A stretch of 64,000 nucleotides of DNA from Felis catus (lineage: Eukaryota). The first letter of the stretch is position 1. Each line of letters begins with the position of its first letter. The notes beneath the pieces are model-generated. The model was not told the DNA's origin. It saw only the letters and a list, made by a program, of their open reading frames with translations, and did no database searches. Of the stretch, positions 25,823 through 37,812 are shown one piece after another. A program made the translations under genes and the position numbers. The stretch spans positions 119,908,001 through 119,972,000 of the forward strand of contig NC_058368.1 in assembly GCF_018350175.1 (NCBI RefSeq). The letters are read 5' to 3'.

Positions 25823-26307
25823 TGAGAGAATCAAATGAGGTATAGTGAATGGAAATGGTTCTATAATCTATTAAGTATTGTACAAATACTAGGTTTCACA
25901 ATTTCTTATCTCCTGCTAAGTCAGGACTCTTCTCAAGTCATTGTCAGAGTGGAATGAATATAACTTTCAGCCAGAAATGAACTTTCAAATGGACACTTAC
26001 TTTCCAGGAGGTCATAATAGTTAAATGAAAGACAAGATTAACATAAGAGTAAAACTGAATGTCTTATAAAAAATATAAGATATCTTATATTCATATTGTT
26101 GAGGTCCGTTTTCTGTTTTACACCATGCTTCTCTATACAACTGTATAGATGCAAGCATGTCACATAGAATTATGGAAACAAAGATGTCTTCATGAAAAGA
26201 GATGAGAAATGTGAGGAGGGGGGATGGAATTTGAAATAGTGTCTGTCTTTATCCTCCCCCCGCAACCGCCAACCCCCAACCCCCAACCTTTTCCTCATCC
26301 TGGAAAC

Positions 26308-26964
26308 TTTTCAGGTACCTGTTGGCCTTTTGTATGCCTTATTTGGAAAAATGTCTGTTTAGTTCCTCTGCCCATTTTTTTAATCAGGTTTTTTTTTGTT
26401 TTTGTTTGTTTGTTTGTTTGTTTTGCTATTGAGTTATATGAGTTCTTTATATATGTTGGGTATTAACCCCTTGTCAAATACACGATTTGCAAATGCTTTC
26501 TCTCATTCCATAGGTTTGCTTTTCATTTAGTTGGTTGTTTCTTTTACTGCATAGAAGCTTCTTAGTGTGATAGAGTCCCACTTGCTGATTTTTGCTTTCT
26601 TTTGCTGTTTGTAATTTTGGTGTCCTATTAAAAAAATCATTACCACGGGGCACCTGGGTGGCTCAGTCAGTTAAGCAACTGACTTTGGCTCAGGTCATGA
26701 TCTCGCAATTCATGGGTTCGAGCCCTGCGTCAGGCTCTGTGCTGACAGCTTGGAGCCTGGAGCCTGCTTTGGATTCTGTGTCTCCCTCTCTCTCTGTTCC
26801 CTCTCCTGCTCATTCTCTGTCTCTCTAAAATAAATAAATGTTAAAAAAAAATTTTTAAAAAACATTACCAGGACCAGCGGTCAGGGCATTTTTCCCCTAT
26901 GTTTTCTTTTTGGGGTTTTATGGTTTCAGAGTTTGTTTGAGTCTTTAATCCACTTTGAGCTAAT
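26308..26964 (-). mobile_element. L1 ORF2 fragment (non-inverted arm)
   Basis: On the minus strand it runs from the (K)INSKWIKDL-equivalent region to the MANR-equivalent region. Confidence 0.88.
26647..26857 (+). mobile_element. Can-SINE inside L1
   Basis: Consensus body; aaaaa(t)cattacca on both sides. Confidence 0.93.
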
Positions 26965-27480
26965 GCAATCCTTATCAAAATTCCAATCACATTTTGCAGA
27001 GAAATAGAAAGAAAAATCCAGGCTTGCCTGGCTGGCTCAGTTGGTGGAGCATGTGACTCTTGATCTTGGGGTCATGAGTTTGAGCCCCATGCTGGGTGTA
27101 GAGTTTACTTAAAAAATAAATAAACAGAAATTAAAATTTAAAAAAAGAAAGAAAAATCCTTAAATTTGTATAAAGTCACATAAGACTCTGAATAGCCGAA
27201 GCAGTTCTGAGAAAGAAAAATNNNNNNNNNNNNNNNNNNNNNNNNNNNNNNNNNNNNNNNNNNNNNNNNNNNNNNNNNNNNNNNNNNNNNNNNNNNNNNN
27301 NNNNNNNNNNNNNNNNNNNNNNNNNNNNNNNNNNNNNNNNNNNNNNNNNNNNNNNNNTGGTCAACTAACATTTGACAAGGGAGCCAAGAGTACTCAATGA
27401 GGAACGGATCATTTCTTCGATAAATGGTACTAGGAAAAGTAGATAAGCACATGCAGAAAAATGAAATTGGACTCATATTT
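26962..27480 (+). mobile_element. L1 ORF2 fragment (inverted arm)
   Basis: Plus strand encodes NAILIKIP... through GQLTFDKGAK...CRKMKLDSY. Confidence 0.88.
27020..27145 (+). mobile_element. Short old-type Can-SINE
   Basis: gcctggctggctcagttggtggagcatgtgactcttgatc...; perfect 14-bp TSD agaaagaaaaatcc at 27006-27019 and 27146-27159. Confidence 0.92.
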
Positions 27481-27550
27481 TTTGGTTCTCTTTTTAAACA
27501 GTTATTTTCTACCTATTTTCCAAATATTAACAATTAAGAGTGTGTTACTA

Positions 27551-27708
27551 GGGGGACGGGCACCTGGGTGGCTCAGTAATTTAAGCATCTAACTCTTGCT
27601 TTCAACTCAGGTCATGATCTCACCGTTCATGAGTTCAAGCCCCACATCAGGCTCTGTCCTGAAAGTGCAGAGCCTGCTTGGGATTTTCTCTCTGCCTCTG
27701 CCCTGCTT

Positions 27709-27761
<53 letters not shown>

Positions 27762-27788
27762 ATAAATAAATAAACTTAAAAAAAAAAG
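27551..27788 (+). mobile_element. Can-SINE with long (CT)n
   Basis: Consensus body; TSD aaga(g/a)tgtgttacta. Confidence 0.93.
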
Positions 27789-28887
27789 AATGTGTTACTA
27801 GGGATCTAATCATCAATTAAGAGAAGATAATATATTTAACAACCACAGACCAAGCAATATAGAATTTGGATCTCTCTCAGTGTAACTTCCCCAGGGTGAT
27901 CAGAGAGACATTTATTTTCCATGCCCTACTATGTGGAAATTGTTAGTGCTTATTTATGTTGGCAATACCCCTCTGCTTTCATTTATATTGGATATATCTG
28001 TCAAAACACTTTAAAGACTGTTTTATATGAATTAACCCTGGTGTGCTCCATGACTTAAGGGTATTTCTCCGTATCAGGGAAGAGTGAGTTGGGCAATTTT
28101 ATGAGGTTGTGCATTTGTGTGTAGTAACTATAACTTAAGAGAAATGGGAAAATTATATATAAAGGTGTAACTGTGAACTATCATCACGGTACACAATTTA
28201 CCCCCTTTCAGAAATTCTTTTGCCCTAGAGTCACTGCAGTCACACCAGAGCCAGGAGGAAGAGAACTTATCTAGTAATGTATTTGTTCTTAAGCAATGTT
28301 TTCCTAAATATTATCAGTCTATGCATTGGGATTAGTTTTTTGGTAAACAGCCCATATTGAGAATGGAAAGTAGAGATCTGGGTTAAGTAACGTGAAGATG
28401 AAGAAAAGCAGAAGAAACAGGAAATTACCTGTCAAGTTATCATTATTGAAATTGCCTTTTAAATTTTTCACAACTGTAACTAACACAAACATTGCCAGTT
28501 AGGGTGTCAAAGTGATCGGTTATCTTTAAAAAAAACCCATTGTTCGATGGCATCGAATATATTCTAGGACCCTAGTCATGCTGCGGACAAATACCACTTA
28601 ATTCTTGCGCTCCCACCAGAGAAGTGTTGTTTCTAACATTCTCAGGTGAGGAGGCTGCAGGTCACCAGCTGAGTTGTGCTCCGTTCCTGTTTCTCTGATT
28701 CCAAAGCCCAAGTTCTGAACCACAAGGCTTTAGTTATTGCCTGACTTGTAATGGAAATGCTGGGGCTGGACCACCCAGGCCTGCATCACAGCTTGCCTCT
28801 TATAGACTTTGGGTCAGCTATGGGGCCTCAGTTAGCTCTTTGGCAAAATGCAAGTCACAGCTGGCCCTACCTCAGAAGGATGTTTTA

Positions 28888-29270
28888 TTTATTTGTAATT
28901 AATTAATTTTAATATGAAATTGATTGTCCAGTTGGTTTCCACACAACACCCAGTGCTGATCCCAACGGTGCCCTTCTCAATGCCCATCACCCACCCTCCC
29001 CTCCCTTCCACCCCCCATCAACCCTCAGTTTATTATTATCAGTTTTTAAGAGTCTCTTATGGTTTGGCTCCCTCCCTAACTTTTTTTTTCCCCTTCCCCT
29101 CCCCCATGGTCTTCTGTTAAGCAGAGACCTTTTATTTTTTTTCTTATTTTTTTTAAATATGAAATTTATTGTCAAATTGGTTTCCATACAACGCCCAGTG
29201 TTCATCCCAACAGGTGCCCTCCGACTTACCCATCACCCACCCTCTCCTCCCTCCAACTCCCCCCATCAAC
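28888..29270 (-). mobile_element. Composite insertion of two tandem L1_Fc-like 3' ends, within a MIR
   Basis: Two L1 3' UTR plus tail units (28888-29121 and 29130-29270) bracketed by one 18-bp direct repeat, cctcagaaggatgtttta (28870-28887 and 29271-29288). Confidence 0.9.
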
Positions 29271-29866
29271 CCTCAGAAGGATGTTTTAGATCTCAGATGA
29301 GATCCTGCAAGGAAAGGACAGAGCAACGCCTGGAATGTAGTAACCACTCCATCTGATGTCGTTTATTATCATGAGGTGATTGTGAATATAGGCTGTGGCC
29401 AGGTGGGAAAAGTCTTTGGGCAGAGCCGCCATTGTCCTATTTTGAAACCCTAAATAAAAGAACAGTAATGAATCAGTAACCATGTAGCAGAGATAACACG
29501 TTCAGGCAGAGCTGCTAAATTCTGCACATCTTTGTATTCTATTATCTGAAGATAACCTGGCAAAGATGAGGTGTTCTTTGCATTTTATGAAAAGTGAAAA
29601 GGCAAGTCAGTTTTCTTCATTTCCTTTTACTCAGCTTCTTTTGGAACTTCCTGTGAATGGAAGATTTGTTTTTCAGAAGGGCAGCATTTCTCAGGAGCAC
29701 CACAGCATAACAGTGGAACAAGTGGAACAGTCTTGGAGTCAGATCGACCAAAAATCTAATCCTGGTTTCGCCTTTTTAGCTGTATGATTCATGAGCAAAT
29801 TAGTCAAATTTTGTGGAATTCAGTTTCCTTATCATAAAATAGGAACAGTGTTTATTTACCTCAGGA

Positions 29867-30070
29867 CAGCGGTTCTTAACTGGAGGTGATTTTGCCCCCC
29901 AGAGGATGTTTGGCAATACCCAGAGACGTTTTTAGTTGTCTTGACTGAAGAAGGGAGGAGAGGGTGGTCATAGAGACCAGGGACAGCCTGCTGATACACA
30001 TCCTACAGTGCACAGGGCAGCCCCCATGGCAAGGAATTATTGAGCCCAATGTCAGTAGTGGGAAACCCTG
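29867..30070 (+). mobile_element. MER20 (hAT-Charlie) inserted in a MIR (about 29700-30140)
   Basis: cagcggttcttaactggaggtgattttgccccc...catcctacagtgcacagggcagcccc...gaaaccctg. Confidence 0.85.
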
Positions 30071-31742
30071 CCTTAGAGTGTTGTTAGAATAAAATGTGTA
30101 TAAAGCACTTAGCATTGCACATGACATGTGGGACATTCTTATTTTTCATTAATGCCATTTGTGAATTCCTAGGCCTCCTCCGCTGAGCCCAAGCATTGTG
30201 ATAAACTGATGCACACTGATGTGTCATACTTATTCTTACACTGTGGGTACATGCACTTTGAAATAAGGCCTTTGAGAGTTGATTCTAAGCGAATTCCTCT
30301 GATGGAATGTGAGTCTCCCTAGGAGCTAGGAGATTCGGTCCCCCTGAGCCTCTTATCCAGGAGGTAGGAATTGCAATTCCTCACCTCTCTTCACTGGTTG
30401 TAATGATTCGATGAGATGGTGCAGGTGAAGTGCCCTGTGTGTGGCTCAGGGTGGGTGCAAACAGAGGTCAGCACTATCATCAGGTAGAGGTACCACTGAT
30501 GCTGCCTCCTTCTCTCTCTTTGTCTCTGTCTCTCACCGTTAGGCGTGTGAACATATGGCAGGAATCTGCTCTCTCCAGACCCTTCTGTGTTTTGCTTACC
30601 TTGACTGGACTCGGCAGTGGACTCTCCCTGTGAATTTCCCCACCGCAGATGAAAGGCTGTCCAGACGTGAGCCCCTCCCCAGCTGGCTTTCATTTTGCCC
30701 ACAGAGCTGCACATCTTCCTAGCTGTGTCTCTGGCAAGGTCCCAGACAGGGCTCCAGGCTTGGAGTTTGGCTCTGACACTTACTGTTAGGCCCCTTTCTT
30801 TCTCCTCATTATAAAACAAGGATGCTCAGAGGCCTCAAAGGTCCTTTCCTCAGCTTCTGCGTGGGCCTTCCCACAGGGAGCTCGGCACCGTGGTCCAGGT
30901 GGGCCGCCTCATGGCCGGCTGTGCTTCTCATGGTTAACCCAACTCCCTTCAGAGTAGTTTTAAGGTGACTTACAAATGTTTAAGGCACCTCTTTTATTGA
31001 ATCTGTGATTCTCATAAAATGCACAGGGTTCTCTAGCCCTTAAAGAACGTTTCTGGCTTAATTTGCCCTTTATTTTTTTCCCCTTCTACCAGGAGGATCA
31101 CTCCAAGTTTAGGTTTGCATTTGCCACTAAACCATAGATGGCCATGTTTTGATTTTTTCTGCCTTTGAGGAGGTATCACATATCGGTTGGTTGTTGAAAA
31201 TCCATGGAGCAGTATTAGTAAGCATTATATCTTAGTTAAGTGGCAAGAGGCTTTTTTTCCTGTGCTAAGTGAGTACTTCAAGGACTGCAGGTTGCTAGCA
31301 CAGCACCTATGTTGGAGCTGAAGCATGGTGGATGGGGCTGGCGTGCCCACACAGCAGGAGGAGTGCCCGTAACACTTCATCCCTTGTTTAGTCATCTTCA
31401 GTTCTTTCCTGTCAGCTCAGGAGGCAGAACTAGCATTTCTTATATAAGTGTAATGATAAAAGTCCTACAGATTCTCAAGTTGCTCAGTGAGTCGGTTACT
31501 TCTAAAAGTTACTGAAGTGCTGGAGTCACTGGGGCTACCATGACTTAAAGTCAACACTTGGACCCTTTGGGCTTACTCCACTTTTTAATATCTCTGGTAG
31601 AAAACTTCCGTGATACTGAATATTGTGTCCAACAAAAAGAGCAGAGGCTTTGTATAAAAGAGATCTGGATCTGAATTCTTAGTTTGCCACTTGTCAAATT
31701 AGTTAAAAGTTACAAGTGATTAATTTTTTTGAGAGAAGAGCA

Positions 31743-31955
31743 CTTTTTTTTTATTTTTTATTTATTTTTGAGAGAGAGAGAAAGGGAGAGACAGAGTACG
31801 AGCAGGGGAGGGACAGAGGTGGAGGCAAAGAATCTGAAGCAGGCTTCAGGCTCTGAACCGTCGGCACAGAGCCCCACACGGGGCTTGACTCCACAGACTG
31901 TGAGATCGTGACCTGAGCCAAAGTCAGATGCTCAACTAAGCCACCCAGGTGCCTC
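31743..31955 (-). mobile_element. Can-SINE (left copy of a tandem pair)
   Basis: Consensus body. Confidence 0.92.
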
Positions 31956-31959
31956 TGGG

Positions 31960-32160
31960 TTTTTTTTAAATGTTTATTCTTGAGAGAGAGAGTGAGCACT
32001 AGTGGGAGAGGGGCAGAAAGAGAGGGTGACAGAGGATTCAAAGTGGGCTCTATGCTTTGAGTGAGCCTGATGAGGGGCTGGAACTCACAAACCGAGAGAT
32101 CACAAAGTGACATTATGACCTGAGCCAGACCCTTAACTGACTGAGCCACCCAGGTGCCCC
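31960..32160 (-). mobile_element. Can-SINE (right copy of a tandem pair)
   Basis: Consensus body; agaagagca flanks the whole pair (31734-31742 and 32162-32170). Confidence 0.9.
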
Positions 32161-33237
32161 TAGAAGAGCATATTTTTAATTCAGGGGTGGGAGGGTTGCT
32201 TCCTTTCACACAAAGATGCAGTCCGTATGAGTGGAGGCAGCTGGGAGTGCAGGTGACTGACAGGAGGGTTGTCTGGTTCTGGGGTGGGAGGGGCGATTCC
32301 AGGCTCTGGGCCCTGGAATACAGGAGAAGCAGGCTGCCTGAGGGTCTCAGGGACGGGGCCCAGTGCCGTCTGGCCACCTCTGCAGAGGTCAGCTGGGCCT
32401 CACAGCCACCAATGCAGGCCCGCGAGATCAGGCTGCCTGTCCTGGGAAGGACATCTGCCCTCTGTATCTGAGTGGTTGTGCCCTCAGCAAGGTGGGCACA
32501 GAATCACATCGGAAAGCCCTCGTTCCCTGGCCTTTGCTCCGACCCTCATGGGGACCTGTACAGTTCTGCCAGCAGGGTGACACAGGGGCCCCAGTCCCTT
32601 GTCACCTGGGCTGGAGCTCAGCATCCCTGCCACAGAACCATCCCCCTCATAGTCATAGATGAGAGCTGTATCGTAGAGCAGGGAGGCTTGGGTCAGTGTC
32701 TGCCACCTGCAAGCTGCCATTGATGAATTCAGAGATGTCAGTGGGGCTCGTGGACAGCATGTGGGATGGCTGGGGTAACTTGATCAGATAATTAACCACT
32801 TTGAGCTATAATTTCCTCTTCCACAAAAAGGAAAGAATAACATCCACCTAAGAGAACATTGTGAAGATTTTATAAAGTACTGAACACAATAATAGGCACA
32901 TAGGGGGCTCTCAATAAATTATATCTGTTATGCTAAGTTTCTGGTTTTGGAGATACAGCTATTATCCACTATCAGAATAATTGTGTATAACAGGTGGCAA
33001 GAGAGCCTTAGTACGTCTGAGAGTGTTAGTCAACTTCATTGGAACTCGTATAGTGAAGAGGCACCATTCCATAAAAGAAACAAGTTACCTATGGAATAGT
33101 TTAGCCAAGTAAGAGCAGTTGCCCTTAGAGAACTGGTCACATTAGTGCTGGAGTGACACAAGGATGACAGAGGTAAATCAGGCAGGCCTTGAGTGTTCAT
33201 ACGAAAGTAATGGAGTGTTCAAGACTCCTTCCCTACT

Positions 33238-33418
33238 GGGGACACCTGAGTGGCTCAGTTGGTTAGTTCGTGGCTTTGAGCCCCACATCGGGCTCTGTGC
33301 TGACAGCTCAGAGCCTGGAGCCTGCTTTGGATTCTGTGTCTCATTCTCTCTCTGTCCCTCCCTCCACTCACGCTCTGGCTCTCTCTCTAAAAAATAAATA
33401 AACATTAGGAAAAAAAAA
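33238..33418 (+). mobile_element. Can-SINE with an internal deletion between the A and B boxes
   Basis: tggctcagttggtta joined directly to gttcgtggctttgagcccc; TSD-like aaga..cttc.ctactgg. Confidence 0.9.
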
Positions 33419-33434
33419 GATTACTTCTCTACTG

Positions 33435-33900
33435 GACAGAAAACTAACTCTCATGAGATTAAGCAAAGAAAATGCCTGGCTTATGAAATTGTAAGCCTAG
33501 GAATGGGGCCAGCTTGAGACACTGCTAGATGTAGGGTTCTGTCTCTTGAGTATTCTCAGCTTTGCCTGTGTTGGTTGGCTTCTTTCCACATGAATGTCCT
33601 CTTCAACTGGTGGGAAAGATGGCCAGTGAACTCACATCCCTCTAGCCTGGTGATACCGCACACTAGAACATATTTTACCCATTAGCTACAGCAGAACAGT
33701 TTCAGTGAAGACTGATTCACACAACTGGGGTCACACGATTGGGAGATGGGAGGTTCAGATAGGGGTCCAGTGTCCTCTCCTCGTGGCTAGGCACGGCAGC
33801 ATGCGTGACAGTCGCTTGAGGACAGTATGGGGTCAGGAAGAGGCAGTTCTTGAAAGGGAGAAAAAGGGTGTTTCTACTGGAAAAAGAGAACAAATAAACC
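33435..33900 (-). mobile_element. MaLR LTR (MLT1K/L-like)
   Basis: gacagaaaactaactc...ttaagcaaag...agcttgagacactgctagat...gttggcttc...ggaaagatggcc. Confidence 0.55.
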
Positions 33901-34494
33901 CTATCATCATTACATATACATTTCCTTCTAAGACACAAAAGACCATTAGGTATTGGATGAGAGGAGTTATAGTGGGCGTTATTGTTGGGGGGAATAGTTC
34001 AAGCTTATGAAAAATGGGTGAAGAAAAATGTAAAATGGATCAGCCACGCTGAAGAGGACTGGGTAGGAAAAGGGATCGGGATGGGCCACAAGACTTCCCT
34101 CTGAAACAGAGAAATGAGGACTTTTGAGGCAGGAGTAACTCCTAATGATCTTAACTGAGAAATGCTGAGACCAAGAGGAAGAAATACAGTAAGGAGGAAG
34201 AAAGCAAGAAAAGGGCAAGGAGAACCTGGAAAACGGTAAAAAGCCCCTGGAAATAAATGAGTCATCCAGGAAAATTCAGAGAGCAAGGTGGTAGGCCAGG
34301 AAGTCCGAATTCAGCATTTCCCGCTTTATGCAAACCATCACATTGTTTTATTGAAAGACAAATCCCACAGGTGAGAATTCTGAGGTAGGAGGATATGTCT
34401 GAGCATTACCAAATTGGAAAATAATATGAATAGAGACCATGGTTGAATGGTTAGGAAAGTTAATTTTTACTGAAGTTGTGTAATGTCTTTAAGG

Positions 34495-34497
<3 letters not shown>

Positions 34498-34540
<43 letters not shown>
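34498..34540. repeat. (TA)n microsatellite, probably derived from a SINE tail
   Basis: About 21 perfect TA units next to an antisense SINE. Confidence 0.95.
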
Positions 34541-34542
<2 letters not shown>

Positions 34543-34544
34543 TT

Positions 34545-34671
34545 AGATCACAGAGCATGAGCTGGCGTCAGCATGGACCCCAACACAGGGCTTGATCTCA
34601 CGACCCTGGGATCATGACCTGAGCTGAAATCAAGAGCATACACTCAACCAAGCAAGCCATCCACACACCCC
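34545..34671 (-). mobile_element. Short Can-SINE
   Basis: gggcttgatctcacgaccctgggatcatgacctgagctgaaatcaagag. Confidence 0.85.
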
Positions 34672-34934
34672 CAAGGGTTTTTTACATCAATAAATGNNNN
34701 NNNNNNNNNNNNNNNNNNNNNNNNNNNNNNNNNNNNNNNNNNNNNNNNNNNNNNNNNNNNNNNNNNNNNNNNNNNNNNNNNNNNNNNNNNNNNNNNNNNN
34801 NNNNNNNNNNNNNNNNNNNNNNNNNNNNNNNNNNNNNGTATGCTTATGGATCTTGCCATTATCTCTGCTGGTCATCACACTGTTGTCAATGCATATCAAA
34901 CGTCTAGTGACATGCCTAAATATTTTCCATTTTA

Positions 34935-35137
34935 ATTTTTTTTTTATGTTTGTTTTTGAGAGAGAGACAGAGCGTGAGTGGGGGAGGGGCAGAGAGAGGG
35001 AGACAAAGAATCTGAAGCAGGCTCCAGGTTCTGAGCTGTCAGCACAGAGCCTGATGCAGGGCTCGAACCCATGGACCGCAAGATCATGACCTAGGCTGAA
35101 GTCGGATGTTCAACCGACTGAGCCACCCAGGTGCCCC
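34935..35137 (-). mobile_element. Can-SINE
   Basis: Consensus body; TSD tattttcca(t/a)tttaatt. Confidence 0.93.
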
Positions 35138-35779
35138 ATTATTTTCCAATTTAATTACTTTGCATGTCAAATTTTTCCGTCCTGTGTGTGAACGTGCGTG
35201 TGTGTGTGTAGGGTTTACTGTCTCTATCATACACTCTGAACCAAAAATTAATTTCTATACACCCCATCCATTTCCTCTCCCATTCATTTATCATGCAGAT
35301 GTTTCCTGGGCCTCTACTACTATGTGCCCTGAAACACTAGTCTGTATGTGGCCTGGAGTGTGCATTAAAATGCAGAAGGGAACAAACACAGGCCTTACAG
35401 TCGGGTGTGGGAAGCAGACGTTAAACAAATAAATGTAGAAGCACGTCCATAATTACACATTGTGGTGGTGCAGAAGAAGCGGTCTAGAGGCTGGGGACTG
35501 GCTTCCATCTGGTTGGGGGGATAGAGGTGAGGCTGCTCTGAGAAAGCGACGTCTCAGCCAAGCATTGGAGGACAAAAAAGAACAAAACAGGTGAAAATCA
35601 GAAAAGTGAGTGTGGCAGAGGGAGAACAAATACAAAATCCTCAGGTATAAGAAAGGGCAGAAGGGCAGGCATGGAACTGAGGTGATGGTTTCTGTCATTT
35701 CCATTTCTTGACTCCTGCATTTGAGCACCTGGCATGTCAGGAACTGTGTCTTTATTTTCTTTCCACCCCGTGGCGGGGT

Positions 35780-36365
35780 CAGTGTGCTCTTATTAAGCTG
35801 TTGTCTCTGAGCCCCAAACCCACCCCTCCCCGTTCTGCTGTGTGATGCTGGGGATTCAGCTCACCTCATTTTGCATCTGCCCAGCGGGCTTCCTGGTGGG
35901 TTCTGTGCTGTCCAGAGGGGTTGCCAGATGAAGGCTGTTAGTCGTGAACGGAGGAGGGACTCCTTATCAGCTCGCTGCTTGTAGTTTTAACACAGATTTT
36001 ATTTATCTCAGAAGCTGTTGGTCCCAGTTCCCAACTTTGTTTTGTTCTGTCCTCTGCAGAGCGAGGCCCTTCAGACATACCAGGACCAGCAGGCCACACG
36101 CCCTCCTCAGATGCCTGGGTCCCACCTCCACAGAGTGACCCTTGCAAGCTTCCAGGTTCTAATGACTCCGTCTTCCATCTGTCTCCCCACCCTTAAGTAT
36201 GGTAGCTGCCCCCCCTGCAGTTACTCTATTTGTCTCTTCAGTGCTGTCTTTCTTCACCTTTTTTCATCCTTCCAATCCCTGTTTAGCCTATTCCTTATAT
36301 TCAGTTCTCCCTGTTAAGATTACAGGTGGCATGTGCATTTTCTTGACTGGCCCCGACTGACCCAT
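35780..36365 (+). mobile_element. ERVL solo LTR (LTR41-like)
   Basis: tattaagctgttgtctctgagccccaaacccacccct...ctgctgtgtgatgctgggg matches the LTR41 5' end as I recall it; ends ...ttcttgactggccccgactga. Confidence 0.6.
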
Positions 36366-37597
36366 GACTGATTTAACTCTCTGCTCTTACCCAAATTTGC
36401 CACCCCTTAATGAGGAGCCCCAGCTGGGCCCGTCCAAGGCCAAATGTCCATGAGTGGCAAAGGAAGCAAGAAAGGATGATCACCAGGCTTGAAAATGTAT
36501 TCCTCTCAGAAGCTTGCACAGCCTGCCTATTCCCAGTCTCTACTATGAAATATCTTTTCCAAGGTTAGCAGAATTATGAAAACATCAATTTGGCCATTAT
36601 TGACTTTTCAGCCAGGATACCAAGAAAGTCTTTCAGCAGCCTCANNNNNNNNNNNNNNNNNNNNNNNNNNNNNNNNNNNNNNNNNNNNNNNNNNNNNNNN
36701 NNNNNNNNNNNNNNNNNNNNNNNNNNNNNNNNNNNNNNNNNNNNNNNNNNNNNNNNNNNNNNNNNNNNNNNNNNNNGAGAATTTGAAGTGTGGGTAGATT
36801 GCAGAGCTCCCTCTTTTAAAAATGCATAAGCACTCTGTGAGTTTGCTAAGTCATGTTTCACGCGGCTCGGTTTGAATTTTTCATAGGGGAGAAATATTCT
36901 GTAGTCTTTCCTCTTTCATTCCTCCTTTATCAGTAAGGACTTCTGCCATTAGGGCTATAGTCGAAAGGGGCCGTGTACAGTCGTACAGTTCGCTTGATTG
37001 GTCCTCAATATTTCCAAGTTGTACACTGTTGGAAGATTTGAGCTTTAAGGACTTAGGCCAGTTGAGGGTCCTGCTCCTCCCCAGTTAATCCAAACTACAA
37101 ATTACTCCCAGCTCTGGGTTTAAATTTATTTTATGTGTCTTCAAGTCAATTTTTATCTCAGAAGATGCATCCATTTGTGAAATTCTAAGCCCTGCACGGT
37201 AAAGGAAACTTCTTTCCGAAAGTCTCCCTGGTCACGTACTGTGTTGTGTGCTTGTGGTCACGGTCCACTCCCACACCAACAACAGACATTACTAAATGTC
37301 ATTATACATTTTCTTGATGAGTCCAGTCTCAGCATTCGCGTCCTTCCTCACATGATGTTCCAGCCAGGCCTAACAATTGGTTGTATAGCCCATCGGTGGG
37401 AACCTACTAATCTTATCTAACAGGCTCCTGATTTGTTTTGTTTATGTAAGTTAGCGTCTGGCTTTTAGTAGAGCACTTATGTACAGATGAAAGCAATACT
37501 TCTTGGGTGCTGCCTGCCAGCTATGAAACACCTTCACGTTAATTGTCTCATTTTCCTAAAACCTTTCTGAGGGAGATACTATTATTGGCCTTATTTT

Positions 37598-37812
37598 ATT
37601 TTGTTTTTTTTTTTTTTATATAGAGAAGCAGCACTCAAGCACGTGCACGAGCATGGGAGAGGGGTAAAGGGAAAGCGAGAAAGAGAGAATCTTAAGGAGG
37701 CTCCATGCCCACACGGAGCCCAATGTAGGGCTGGATCTCACAACCCTGAGATCATGGCCTGAGCTGAAATGAAGAGTCAGACACTTAACTGACTGAGCCA
37801 GACAGGTGCCCC
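37598..37812 (-). mobile_element. Can-SINE inserted in an antisense MIR (about 37520-37880)
   Basis: SINE body with TSD-like ttg(gc/t)cttatttt; MIR resumes ttttacatgaggaaattgaggctca. Confidence 0.9.

Noticed and set aside
31751-32377. 208-aa minus-strand ORF
   Set aside because: Largely a translation through two Can-SINEs (GTWVAQSVK... peptides); the same applies to many short ORFs in the track.
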